Shown here in pieces: positions 1 through 13,074 of a stretch of 64,000 nt of DNA (its first letter is position 1; each line of letters starts with the position of its first letter). The notes under the pieces were generated by a model that saw only the letters and a list, made by a program, of their open reading frames with translations, had not been told where the DNA came from and ran no database searches. The stretch is from Lama guanicoe (taxonomy: Eukaryota), in assembly GCA_013239625.1 (NCBI GenBank), contig MU054212.1, forward strand, positions 4,808,270-4,872,269, written 5' to 3'. The translations under genes were made by a program, and so were the position numbers.

Positions 1-217
1 TTCCTTGTTCCATATTTCAGGGTGAAAATATTGCATATTTCACAATTAATTATGATGTTATAAGCCCTCTTCTTGAGTTCTTCTATTAAAATGGTACAGT
101 TTCACCTCTTATAGGATGAATTTTGGTCAACGGAAGATAAGGGGAATTTAACATAAAAAAATCCTTTCTCCATTTTCCCTCTGTAGACTGTTGAGGTGAA
201 GTTTATTTTATGCATGA

Positions 218-614
218 TATTATGGACTGAAAAATGCTCTTCCAAATTCCTGCATTGAAGCCCTAACACTCAGTTTCTCAGAATACAACTGTGTTTGGAC
301 ATAGTATGGAGGTGATTATGCTAAAATGAGGCTGGTAGGTTGGTCCCTAATCCAGTCAGGCTGGTGTCCTTGTAAGATGGAATTTGGACACACAAAGAGA
401 TACCAGGGGTGAGCACACATAGAGGAGAGACCATTTGAGGACACAGCAAAGAGTGGTGACTGCAATCCAAGGAAAGAGGCCTCAGAAGAAACCAAAGCTG
501 CCAACACATTGATCTTGGACTACTATCCTTCGTAACTGAGAGGAACCAAGTTTCTGTTGTTTAAGCCACTCAGTTTGTAGTTGTTTGTTATGGTAACCCT
601 AGCAAACTAATGCC
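218..614 (+). mobile_element. MaLR solo LTR (MLT1A/MLT1B-like)
   Basis: Starts TATTATGGACTGA; contains CCCTAATCCAGT..CTGGTGTCCTTGTAAGA and GAGGCCTCAGAAGAAACCAA; ends GTTGTTTAAGCCACTCAGTTTGT..GCAAACTAATGC. Flanks CATGA/TGTGA fit a 5-bp TSD. Confidence 0.9.
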
Positions 615-639
615 TGTGACCAAACACACTTTCTAAGCT

Positions 640-823
640 ACCTATCGTGTCTCTGCCTGGTTTTTTACCAACAAGTGGCCAACAATAACCTATGACACCA
701 TGTCACTTACTTCCTTTTTACCTATTTATCTTTGTTTCCTCACTCCTATTGGACTTGTACTTCACAATTAAAGTGTCAGTATTTTAATCCTTGCTTTGAG
801 ACTCTGCTTTCTAAGCTAAGACA
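640..823 (+). mobile_element. ERVL LTR 3' remnant (LTR33/LTR16-like)
   Basis: ATTAAA signal then CTTTGAGACTCTGCTTTCTAAGCTAAGACA, a typical LTR33/16 3' terminus. Confidence 0.6.
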
Positions 824-1141
824 GCAAACTGGTAAAGGTCTAGTAAAAAAAAGAAAAAAGACTAAGATTATGGTAATACAGAAAAATAAGTACCAATAAG
901 AAGAATCTCTGAACACTAAATACATAGGACAAAACATAATTTAGTCTTAAGAAATTTATATTATCCTCTAAATATTTATATAAAAATTAATTCATCTTTG
1001 ATTCCAGATCAAAGCTGAAATATATCATGAATACATATATTCACAATTAAAAACACACAAATTATATGTGTGTAAGTAAAAGCCTTTATCTTGTTTAATA
1101 GCAAAGTACATGATATATTCCTATTAAAATAAATGAGGTAA

Positions 1142-1947
1142 AAGAAGATATACAGATGGCTAACAGGCAATGAAAAGATGCTGCTCAACATCACTAATCA
1201 TCAGAGAAATGCAAATCAGAATCACAATGAGATAGCTAACATCTGCCAGAACGGCTATTATCAAAAAGTCTACAAATAACAAATGTTGGTGAGGGTGTGA
1301 AGAAAAGGGAACCCTAGTACTGTTGGGAGAAATGTAAATCAGTGCATCTATTATGGAAAGCAGTATGGAAGTTCTTCAAAACACTAAAACAGAACTACCA
1401 TATGATCCAGCAATTCCACTCCTGGGTATATAACCAGAGAAAGCAAAAACAGTAATTTGAAAAGATATATGCACCTCAGTAGTCATAGCAGCATTATTTA
1501 CAATAGCCAAGATACGGAAGCAACGTAAGTGTCCATCAACAGATGAATGGATGAAGAAGATACACATGCATATAATGGAATAATATTCAGCCAAAAAAAG
1601 AGAATAAAATTCTGTCATTTGCAACAATGTGGATGGACCTAGGGTATTGTGCTTAGTAAAATCAGTTAGACAGAGAAAGACAAATACCGTATGTTAGGAA
1701 GAAGCCAGTGGTTACCAGTGGGGAGAGGGAAGAAAGGAGGAACAAGGTAGGTATAGGGAATTAAGAGCTATAAACTACAATATATAAAATAAATAAACAA
1801 CAAGAATATAGTGGATAGCACAGGGACATATAGTCAGTATTTTATAATAACTTTAGATGGACTATAATCTATAAAAATATTGAACCACTATGTTGTACAC
1901 CTAAAACTAACAAAATATTGTAAATCAACTATGTATCAATAAAAAAT
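1142..1947 (+). mobile_element. 5'-truncated L1 (ORF2 end + 3'UTR) with TSD
   Basis: AAAGAAGATATACAGATGGC..CCAGCAATTCCACTCCTGGGTATATA..TGTAAATCAACTATGTATCAATAAAAAA. TSD AAAATAAATGAGGTAA (1126-1141) / AGAATAAATGAGATAA (1948-1963), 14/16 match. Confidence 0.95.
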
Positions 1948-2079
1948 AGAATAAATGAGATAAGGGAGGAGGAGAGAAGAAGAGGAAGAAAACAAAGAAG
2001 ATGTCATGTAACTGACAGTAATTACACTGCTCTAGAAGAAATCATCATTAATTAAAAAAATAAAATTTACTAACAGTAG

Positions 2080-2990
2080 AAAGTAAAAGGCAGTTTTCAG
2101 TATTTCCTAAGAATTTGATTTTTTCATTTGGAAGATCCAAAAGGCTCACCTGAAAAAGTATTAAATATAAGATATTTTGGTAATTTTGCAGGTAGCAACA
2201 GTAACTCAAAAGTATTTTTACATATATACAATAACAATTAAGAAAATAGAAGGAAATAAGCACAGAATTGCGAAGAATGGCAAAAAAAATACTTAAAAAT
2301 AAACAAAATAAGTGTATTGTACTTACATGAGGAAAATATTAAACCTCTACCAAAGAGCATGTAAGAAGACTAAATAATTAGATATTCCATTTATTTAGAT
2401 TCTTTATTTTAAAGATATCATTTAAACAATTACAGTGCTATAGTAACGAACACTATATCTAGGAAATAACTTATCTGACCAGTAATTTAAAAATGGATTT
2501 CCAAAAAACAAAATGATATTTAATATATGTTAAAGTGATTATCATAATCAGTCAAGAAAATGCAAATTAAGTAAATCATATCAGAAATGTTAGGTAGCTT
2601 TAAAAAATTAGATCTCCACCATCCTCCTTAGAGTAAAATAAATTTTAAATAGATCAAATATCTACATATACAAATAATTTTAATGAGTGCTAAAAAATAA
2701 TGAAATTTTAACTTGTAAAAAGAAATGACTTTCAAGGCATAACACAAAGTTCAGAATTATAAAAAATGATACATTTTACTACATAAAATTGAAACCATAT
2801 TCAGTATAACATGGTAAAAATTTGTATGTCATCTATAAATTAGGGAAATATTCACCACACATATGACCTTAAAAAGCTGATCTTCCTACTATGCATAGAA
2901 TAGTTACTGAACAGTATAAAAAGCAAATGAACAAGGGATACCACAGTTATCTGAAAAACTAATTCAAATGTCAAATATACAAGGTCACTT
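2080..2990 (+). mobile_element. Ancient L1 ORF2 fragments (L1M5/L1ME-like)
   Basis: A-rich degenerate ORF2 motifs (GAAGATCCAAAAGGCTCACCTGAAAAAG, GAAGACTAAATAATTAGA, GACTTTCAAGGCATAACAC). Confidence 0.65.
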
Positions 2991-3279
2991 TCTCTAACTG
3001 ATTAGGGAACAGCTGTGTTGATCTGCCACTGTGGAAAGCTCAGCATTCGAGCACTGCATTGAAACGGGTAGCATGGAAGTAGCCCCCTTCCTCCTCTTTG
3101 CCACGACATTAATGTCATGTGTTAGATATCCACGTGGACCAAATGGACACCACAGAATGGAGCTAGGCTTGAAATCTTTGCTGGGAGCTGTGCCAACCAA
3201 GCACATCTCAACGGCAGCAGTTTTACAGGAGCACCCACACTGGCAGGAGCTGCAAGAACTCAGACTGAAACTTGCTGAC

Positions 3280-3490
3280 ATAAATAGCACACATTATAAT
3301 GGGTACTATTATTGTATATTTTCTCCTTTGTTTTTTGTCTTAACTGATTTGAAAAGCAAATATAAAGTATAAAATATAAGTTACCATTGGGCCTGGAACA
3401 AATATATGTAATATGTATAATATATTTGTCAATAACAACACAAAGCAGATGGGTAAGAGCAAAGCTGTAACAGGAAATGATGATGGATGG
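3280..3490 (+). mobile_element. Ancient L1 inter-ORF-like fragment
   Basis: ACTATTATTGTATATTTTCTCCTTTG..AACTGATTTGAAAAGCAA..AATAACAACACAAAG resembles the L1M inter-ORF spacer. Confidence 0.45.
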
Positions 3491-5064
3491 GGAAGTAATC
3501 ATTACAACAGTGTTGGGGAGTTTTTAACAATAAATATAATATGCACAACAAAAATACCAAAAATGGGCACTAGTTTGAGAAGAATCCACAAAAGCTTGAA
3601 CAATAATCTCTGGTATTTGGAGACCCTCAGGACATGAAAGCGTCAAACACTCAAGATGCCCACTGTATTTCTCTAGCCTGGGGAAGCTGTGACTCTGTGG
3701 TAACCATTATTCAAATTCAACCTTGCTGGGAGTCCAGAGAGGGACAGGGTGTGGAGAGATTGTAGAATCAAAAACAACACAATTTTTTGAATAGTTATGG
3801 AATATACCCTGGTTCAAGCTGAACTAATCAAGAATTCTATATCCACAAAACATGCATTCAGTTCTCTCATTGAAGGGCAGACATTTTAACATTTCATTTC
3901 ACAAATTAATGTTAATTTACATTAAATAGTACATAAAATCCTGATGTTTCTGGCTAAAATATTCATGAAAGAATGGACAGAGAGAAGTCTGGATTGTATC
4001 ACTGAAAAAAATGTGTGTACAGCACATCTTATCACTCAGCATATCCTTTACAAGAATCAGAGGATTTTGTGACCCTGGCCAGAGAATAATTGTTCTCTTT
4101 AGACTACAAATGTTGAAGAGAAAGTTTCATTTCCTGAACTCATTGACACTGAGAGAAACTCAGCGTGATCAGTTTATAGGACCCAGACCCTCTGACCACA
4201 GGGGTGATGATACATCTCAAGCTAGGCCAACATGTAATCTGAAATTGAACTGAGACCACAGGAATGGAAAGACAACAGAGCTGACAAACTGATGTTGTGC
4301 CAGGAAATACTGTGAGACCATGTGCCAGGAAAACAGTCCACAATTGTAGGTTCTTACTCTTTTCTAAGCTTGATAATTCAGTTTTTCCTTTGATTATATC
4401 AGCTAATAATTTCCTTTTGCTGAAGTTTGGCAGACTTGGTTTCTTTCAAAAAGGGCTTTGTAAAACTAATTTCAATATAATCATATTGTGTGTGATTGTG
4501 ATGCTTTTTTTCAGTAGAATTCAGTAAGCAAAAGAAATACCTAAACCTACACTGATAAAAATGTAACATCTGTCTTTCTGTAATTGTAATAACTTGCACT
4601 TTGTCAAAGTTAGTCAGAATGTACACAATAAATGTGTCTGCCTAAATTATCTTTGTCTTTAAATTTTACATTGGCTTTGAGTGGTCATTCTCCATTTATT
4701 TTCTACATGGGAGTGTCAATGTATAAAGAGAAAAATGCCTGAGCTATTTAGACAAAGAAGTGGCTGTTTAATTGATCTTGGGTAGTCTTTTCAAAGAATA
4801 AATGCTTGTAATTTAGTATATTGAAAAAGCAACAGATCCTACATTTATCTCAGTTTAAATCAAAACCAAAGTCCAATATAAAGATATGTTAAATAACAAC
4901 ATTTATCATGTCAGTGAAGAATCCCATGCCTCTAATCTCTGAGGATAACTGTGATGAGTTATGTGAGTGTAAAACAATGTTCAATCACAAGAACAGTGAT
5001 TGAAATTTTTCATGTCTAAATAGTTGGTAGATTTTGATCACCTATTTATCAAGTAGCCTATGGA

Positions 5065-5866
5065 ATAATGGTCATCAGGGAAATTCAAATAAAAAAACCA
5101 AGATCACTTCATACCAACTAGGATAACTAAAAAAAAAAGAAAATACAGTATTCTGCTTCGATATACTATACTTCAGTTTAAAAAAGAACATATAAATGAT
5201 AATGACTGTTTGGCAGGGAAGTACTTAAATTAGAGCCATCATACACTGCTGGTGGAATTGTTAAACAGTGCAGCCACTTTGGAAAACAGCTGGGCCTCAC
5301 ATGGTTAAACAAAGTTACCTTATGAGCCCACAAATCTACTCTTAAGTGTATATACAAGAGAGTTAAAAAACATCTGTTTAAAATCTGTATGGAAATACTT
5401 ATAGCAGTATTATTCATAATAGCCACAAAGGTAGAAAATCCACATGACCATCAAGTGATGAATGAACAAACAAGCATAGTATAGCTATACAATGAAATAT
5501 TACATGGCCATAAAAAGGAATGAAGTACTAATACATGTTGCAACATGGATAGAATTTGAAAACATTATACTAAGTGAAAAAAACACTAGCCACAAAAAGA
5601 CACACTATATGATTTCATGTATATGAAAGGTCCAGAGTAGACAAATACATAGAGACTGTAGGTAGTAGATTAGTGGTTGCATAGAGCCAGGAGAGAGAGG
5701 GATAGGAAACTGGTATGGGGTTTCTTTTTGGAGTGATGAAAATCTTCTGCAGTAAGATAGCAATGATGGTTGTGTAGCTTTGTGAATACAGTGAAAACCA
5801 TTTAATCATGAAATTTTTAAGTGTGAATTTTACAGTTTATGAATTATATTTTAATAAAGTTGTTAA
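5065..5866 (+). mobile_element. L1MB-like 3' end
   Basis: ATACACTGCTGGTGGAATTG, ATTATTCATAATAGCC, AAAAGGAATGAAGTACTAATACATG, GATTAGTGGTTGC, ending GAATTATATTTTAATAAAGTTG. Confidence 0.92.
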
Positions 5867-6079
5867 CATGAAATCACATACAGCTCCTTGCCAAGATTTT
5901 TTTTTCCTCCACAGGAAGGATGAATGTCAATTTTAAGAAACTGAAATAAATGAATTCAAGACTGGATGAGAACATTTACTGCAAGTGAAAAGAAACAATA
6001 AGAACATATAAGTTTCCAACAATAATTATTAAAGATCTGTGTGTAAACATATACCTTCAGATTAATATGATATTCATTT

Positions 6080-6310
6080 ATGTTAGCCAGTATTGATTAT
6101 CTCATAAGTTCTAGGCAGTATGCTTAGTGATTTGCTTGCATTTTCTCTTTCGATTTTCAGAATATTTTGAAATTTATTATCTTCACTTTATAGATTAGAC
6201 ATATTAGTGAGGTTAAATTTTCATTCAAGGTCTTAACTATTCATAAATTGAATAATCAAAAAGAAATTCATATCAATTAAATGTAAAGTAAATACTCTTG
6301 CCTACTGACC
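6080..6310 (-). mobile_element. MIR SINE
   Basis: CTAGGCAGTATGCTTAGTG..ATCTTCACTTTATAGAT..GAGGTTAAAT..TTCAAGGTC (reverse MIR core). Confidence 0.65.
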
Positions 6311-6929
6311 TATAGTTTATTCTTTTTATGCAAAATTAAATGAATAAGAAACATTTACTCATATCAATGTAATTTTTACGGCTGTCTTATACATATTTCA
6401 GGAGGCTTATTATTTGAAAGAGGGTTTACTTGAATATGTTTTCCTATATTAAAGAAATGTTGAGAAAGTAGATTTTCAGAATTTCTTTTTTACCGTGAGC
6501 CCTCTTCAACTCATCACTCCCACTCACACTAACTGGAAGTCACCTATCTCAAAACGTTATCTCATTTTAATATGTCTGCTTATATTGGAAAGCACTAACA
6601 AGCCCCAACAATAAGCATTAATCAAACAATAAATAGAAAGAAAATCCTCAAGTAAACATTCAGTGGAAACTAGCTAAACAAATAAATGTAATTACAAATA
6701 GGAAGGTGGCATTTTCATAGTGAGTCAAGAAAAGGTAAAGAGTTTATCTGAAATCTAAATTGTTTACAGTGGCTTTGTCCCAAGCTAGCAATTAGGATCA
6801 GGGTTTTTTAAATGCTTTTACCTGAATTTTGGACAATCTTACTTTAGGTATGGTCTCTTTGATCTGCTTCTTTATTTCCCTTGAAATAATTTACTCAATG
6901 TCCCTTCTGTAAAGTCTCTCTTACTGACA

Positions 6930-7030
6930 ATCATAAAATTTCTAGAATGGTAGACATAAATCTTGGAGGTCATCTGGTTCAATCTCATCATTTTACAGGA
7001 GAAGAATTTGAAGCCAAGATAGGTTAAGAC
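6930..7030 (-). mobile_element. MIR3/L3-type fragment
   Basis: CTTGGAGGTCATCTGGTTCAATCTCATCATTTTACAGGAGAAGAA. Confidence 0.65.
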
Positions 7031-10000
7031 CAACCTAAATATTTATCCTTCAGAATATGAGAGGCTCTCTTCCCATGGACTTCTTTAAGTTCTTTACAGA
7101 CAAGCCTATCCAGTTTGATTATAAATCTATTTCAGCTAATATTTTAGAACTGATTAAATCAATTTACTCTTATTTTTCCTATGATTTTTCTTCTACTCTT
7201 AAGATTTTATTCTTTTTAATCTAAGCTATTTAAATAGATCTTATGCTGTATTATCATCATTCTTAAGTAACAAGTATCTATACAAACTCATTATCTGCCA
7301 GAACATAGGGTGCAGGGTTCTTTTTAGCCTCTGTGTATTCTTCAGTAATGAAAGATTCCAACCCTCTGGTCTTAAGAAATCTTTGAAATCTCATCATTAG
7401 GGGGTTTTAACAGTGTTGCTGTGCTGTAATAAAAACGGACAGACTCTACTGCCTTCTGTCTGGCCAGTTGTATACCAAGAGCATAATTTATTTCCAGAGA
7501 TTTGAAGCAGTCTGAAGTTTTCCTAAGGTCAGAGAAAGTACAGACAAGGTTATGCTTAACTTACAATGTATATTGTGAAAATTTCACAATACTCTATAAC
7601 TTTGCCATTACCATTTGCCTAAATTTGACTCATAACAGTTTCCAAGTAGGGCAACTAGTAAAGGTGCATAAATAAGAGATCTGCCTTCTTCACTCATTTT
7701 ATGTGTGCATAAGCTAAGATTGTATCTCATAACCCACATATGAAGGATCTGGAAAAGTTAAAAGAATGATTTTTATCAGTAGTCAGCTTAAAAACCTCAA
7801 TAGAAACAGTGAAAAGGAAGCATGTATTATAGGCATCCCATAAACATTTGTTCAATTAAATTGTAGAAGCTTTTGCTCAATCCTGGAGACCATTTTTTTC
7901 TCTTCATCAAAACTGGTGAGATCTATCATAGTATAAGTTCATTCACAAACATTCTACATCTGAAGTTTATGAAGTGCGTAGATTTAGATAACAACAATTA
8001 GCCACACCATTTGAGGCTGCTAGATGCACAGCGTTTTCGGGGCTGATTTGGAGCCATGACAGCCAGAGTAGGAGGCTTCCTACAAACAGCAACTGGGCTT
8101 TACTTTCGGGAAAGAATCCAGAGTCACAAACAGAAAGAACATGAATTGAAAATACACATTAGAAGAAGCGGAGAAGCCCTCTGGGGCGCAAAAGAGAAAC
8201 TATTATCTTACTAGGAGCTTTGTTAGTCTATTAAGAACAGGCTGGTAGTTAATTATAGACAAAAAGACATATACAGAAATCAAATATGGCTTAACTATAG
8301 TGAATAATAATTAAAATGATTTAGACAAGTTTCTTTTTTGTTTGTTTCTGGTACATCTGGATTTATAGTAAAGGGCAACACAATTGTTTTATATGTTAAT
8401 AAAAATTTTAGTTGTAATACTATAGATAACTCTCTAGGACCACATATAGAAAGCTTAATTTTCCTTGGCCTCTGGGATGCAGAGTGTTTAAAAACATGGG
8501 TTTGGAATCAAATGCCAACTCTGAAACTCTACTGTTTGCAAATTATATAACCTTGGGCAAACTATACACAAGGGAAGGGAGAGTAGAGTTGGAGGGAGGC
8601 AGAACACTACCAAAAAGGTCCTCAATGCATAAAGGAGACACATTTTCTTAAAAAGTATAAAGCATTTGCTTTAAAAAAAATAGAATTCAGTAAAAAATTA
8701 AACTCTATTTAATTTACTTAATCAAATAGGGGTTTGTTTTGGAAATACCAAATAAGTTTAAAATTGGCATACAAAGATAGAAGAAATTTCCTTCTGTGGC
8801 ATATTTCATTCCTCAAAGAATGAAACATGACTTTACATCAGTTCTGTCCTATGAAAAAATTCAATGAGTCAACATCTATTTATCAGTCCTCTATTCCGTA
8901 TGGTTCAGTGGATTTGAAACTTAATAAACATGCATGCTCTTGGCTAATGAAAAAAATATTCTCCAGTTTTATGTTTTAGTACTTTCCAATGCTGATTTTA
9001 ATTATGTTTGAATTTATGGATTAAGCCTTTCTTAATGGGTTTATGAAAGAGATAAGTTTATGCTTCTAAGAAAGATATTTATGGCCTTGCAAATAACCAT
9101 AGTAAAGCTTTCTTGCTAGAAATATAGTCTGTTTAAAGGAAATGACAAGAGAAACAACCCTATGCTTGCCTCAACTAAATCTGATCTAGTTCTACTACTA
9201 AAAATGTTATCATTCCTGTATATTGACACATTTTTTTTTTAACCAGAAGAGAAAGTTACTGTGGCTGATATTTGATTGAAAAGGATGTTGAGCTGTTAGG
9301 GGGAGGAAAAAAAAGGAAAGAGAAAGACACACCAGATGCTTCTTCCTCAGGCTAATTTGCTGCCTCTAACCTTGCATTTGTCGACCCTCACCTTTTGTCC
9401 ACATTTTCCTCACACCACGAGTACGCACTCATAAATTTCAGTTCCCCAGTTTATTACATTTGAGATTGTAAAATGCCAGGAGCTATGATGCTAAAAGTGC
9501 TGCCTCTCAAACAGTTTTCTCCAATGACATTAACCTTGAATGCAAGAAATGTAAGTGATGGAGAGTTTACAACACCAAAAAAGTTATAGTCTATTTAGTC
9601 TAAACCCTTCACTTAAAGGAAAGTCACTAGATTTTGAGGACAAGGAATTCCATAATCACACTGATATTCTTGGCTCATTGATGACTACACTTAATTTCCA
9701 CAACAAAAAATAAAGGCACTGTGGTTTTAGATGTCTTCATTTAAGAAGTTACTGTTAAGTTTTTTTTTAAAGTTGATCTATTTGGATACCTAATTTCAGA
9801 TTACTCTGGATAAAGCAAAACCCATGCATATAATGGTAATTTACACTACAGGTGTGTGAGACACATATTTTGGTCTGTATACATTGATTCAAGTTTGATT
9901 CAATGAAATGCCATTGTTTTAGTAATTGTGAATAGCACTTAAAACTATCTGAAGTAAATATTTTGCATTCTTAATGCCTTCGTGAACGACGTGAGTTTTA

Positions 10001-10189
10001 GTGTTATACTTTCAAATAAAAAATATACAGAAATCAAATAATTTCCTTCAAAATATTTATAAAATCAAAATTATAATTTTATAAACTCATAAATTATTCA
10101 AAGTAGAAACTACAAAATTTATTTTTTTAATTGTATTAAACTTTTGGAGGTATATTAAAATATTTAAAAAAAAAAAAAAAAACCTCTTC

Positions 10190-10615
10190 ATGTCCTCTTG
10201 CTTAGATTTCTCCCATCAGTACCAAGACTCAGTCTCCCCAGCTCCCGAAGTATTGGCTGCTGATGGCTCACAGCTGTGCCTCTGATTGGGCACTGGCTTC
10301 AGCCAAAGGGAACTAACTGCCTTATTCAAGGTTGTGCGCCCTCCCCAAGGAAGCTTGCATCCGAGGACTGGTTGATTTGGGAGTACAAACGGTCAGGGCT
10401 TCAGCCATAATTCAGGGCAACTGAATGCCATCCCATGTTCAGAGCTCCCTGTGGGAATGACTGAGACTCTTTTTCACTGCATTACAGTTCAACTTTACCC
10501 TCTGCCTAATCGTGTTTCCTTGACTCCCTCTAACGTTGTGCCCTGGAGCATTCCCCAATAATCTTTGTGCTTACCAGTCTGCATCTGTTTCCCCCAAAGA
10601 ATCCATCCTAAGACA
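10190..10615 (+). mobile_element. 5' LTR (LTR16C-like) of deleted ERVL provirus
   Basis: CCCCAGCTCCCGAAGTATTGGCTGCTGATGGCTCACAGCTG, CAGAGCTCCCTGTGGG, ends CCTAAGACA, followed by a PBS-like sequence. Confidence 0.85.
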
Positions 10616-12033
10616 GATGGCGCCATGTGTGGTCCAGGAAATCAAACTTTTTAAAATATGATTTTGGAGGACAACCACTCCCTGAACAGCCAGCAAGTAG
10701 GGCCCCGCGGACAGTGTTAGTTCCTGGGTGCCATAACAGAGCAATTGTTAGATAAAACTTTCACTGGTAATAGATGGGATAAGATGTTAGGGGTAGGTCA
10801 CTCACTGACACTGGCTGCTATAATATCCCAAGCATTTCAGAGGTTTTCAGAAAGTAGGAATTATGAAGACAGTAGGTGGTATTGAATGCAATAACTTGCA
10901 GCAACAAAGGCAAAGACAATGAATGACTTCGGAAAAAGAAAAGAGCAGAGGGTGATTAATGAAAAAATGTATTGCAAAGTGTGAAAGACACAATGTCTCC
11001 TTGGCAACACATACAGATTCTTCTCCCCTTCAGCCAGAGAGTAGAAAGCTAAAGATAAGTCCCAGGACTAAATTTAAAGGATTGCAGAAGTCTAGAAAAG
11101 TCATCTATGACAAAAAAATGAGGGCCTTAATTGGATGGAAGAAGGATCCTGAGAATTATAATTGGTGAAATCTGAGTTGAACCTCTCTAAAACCTGGAAA
11201 TTTCGTATCTTCCCAAACTCTGAAATCCTGCAGAAGTGGCATGCTCCTCCCTCTCTGCTATCTGAAGGTGATACAGAGGACGCCTCCTTCTCATGAAATA
11301 ACATTGGTCCTCCCCTCAGCATATATCCTCATGTCTCCTCCTAGTCTTCCATCAGTAACTACTCTCAAGTCACAGCATAGCCCAGCTAGAGAAGTACTGG
11401 ATCTGCTAAGGAAGGAAATGAATTATATCCCAAGAATCTAGCCCCGGGTACAGACTGGAATAGGGCAGTATATTTATGGAACTGGGTTCTAAGTTGCTGG
11501 AAGAAGGGGATGGGGCAGAATGTAAAGTTAGAGAGGAGTGTTTATAGGCAGTCTTTCAACCTGGCAAGAATCCCGAAAAACAGTACCAGCGCACAAGTAG
11601 CTGAGCTCCCCGCCTGCTGTAGAATTCCCCTCAGAAGTGGCCTGAAATGCACTGTGTGAGCAGAAATCGTCCCAAGGAGCAGAGCTTCAAGTGGTGCAAG
11701 TGGACATCCACTTGTGTGAAAAAGAAATAGTGTGTAAGTGAAGCAGCCACGGTCTGAGAATGTCATTAACTTGGACTCTTGAGGAATGAGGGTCTGGGTC
11801 CCACCACTAGGCAATCATTTAGAGCAGTGAATGGTGAACCAAATCTAGAATGGATGGTACAGAGGAGGCGTGATGAGCGTCAGCTGCAGTTGTGGGATCA
11901 TCCACTAACATTCCTCTCATATATATATTTCCCTGTGAAAAATAAATCAACCAGTATTCTAGAGGACCTGTTCTCAGATGAGATGAATCTATCATGTGTA
12001 GCAAGTGGCTCTAAGTGACACAGCATGGTGAAC
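10616..12033 (+). mobile_element. ERVL internal region (ERV3-16A3-like), heavily deleted
   Basis: PBS-like TGGCGCCATGTGTGGTCC (10618-10635). Gag-like MRALIGWKKDPENYNW (cf. ERVL/MaLR VRALIGKEWDP) in ORF 10959-11168. Pol C-terminus-like GEPNLEWMVQ..RQLQLWD in ORF 11779-12018. Confidence 0.8.
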
Positions 12034-12432
12034 TCAGTATGTGCTATGGTAGACTGACCAGATGAACTCATTCTTCTATAAGGTAGATGACATTATTTAA
12101 ATGAGACTTGCTCTCAGATGAAAGGAACCACTATATCCAAGGTTATCTTCACTTCCTGGAGGCACTCTTAAGGAGTGATCCATATGTGGTGATGGTTCAA
12201 CTTGGGGTACAGACACCTAGTCACTTTACCTCATTTTGGAACATCTCTGAGGACTTTCCCAGCTCCAGATTTCTCTATGAGATCAACCAAGGCTTTTATT
12301 GTGACAATTATTCTTCAACTGCCCAATTCTGCTTCCTCTACTCCCTAAGGTGTTGAGTTTATTTATCAAAAAACTTCCTGCAAGCAAATCTTCAACTTAG
12401 AGTATGGCTTCTGAAAAGCTTCACCTAAGACA
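12034..12432 (+). mobile_element. 3' LTR (LTR16-family)
   Basis: CCAAGGTTAT, CCCAGCTCCAGA, CTGCCCAATTCTGCTTCC, AAACTTCCTGCAAGCAAATCT, ends CCTAAGACA like the 5' LTR. Confidence 0.8.
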
Positions 12433-13074
12433 CCTTCTTTGCTCATTGAAATGCTTTCTTTGTAGACTTTTCTTCAAATGTGAACTTTGAAAAAAATTGA
12501 TTTTGTTTGCTTTGCGATGATACTTTTTAAAATGACCAAGGTAAATTACTTCAACACTAATAAACTATGTACGCCAATAGCAAGAAGACACATAGGATAC
12601 AAAAATATTATGCTTTGTAAAAATTTCTATTGGCCATGCATTTTGGCAATATATGTTTCATAGTGTTATCAAAAATAATTTTCATGCTAATTCCCTTTTT
12701 AAATAGATAGGGCTATCTTTAGTAGCAGAACATTTTCTATTGAATGCTCATTCTCATTCCATTTGTTAATATGATTACTAAAGAAACAGAGCAGCCATTT
12801 AAAATTGTTTTTGGAAATGTGATGGGTAAAAACAACACAAATGAAAAATAAAAAAAATATGACTGGACCCACACTGGGAAACCAGCAAAAGACTTCTCAT
12901 TTGTTATAAATGCAGCAATTAGTTAACATGGTAATTAGATAATTAAATCAGACAAATATACAGGCTCTTGGATGTAAATGCCTTACTAAAAAGATGTTTT
13001 TCTTATTTTCATAGAATATCCCTGATATAGTTGCAGGTTCCCTGAAATAATATCATAATTCTTTACACAGATAA

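Noticed and set aside
3031..3372. 113-aa ORF as a gene
   Set aside because: GTG start, runs into old L1-like sequence, no recognisable domain.
9515..9556. 36-nt + strand exon candidate ending AAT|GTAAGT
   Set aside because: Weak acceptor, unrecognised peptide; such pairs are expected by chance in 64 kb.
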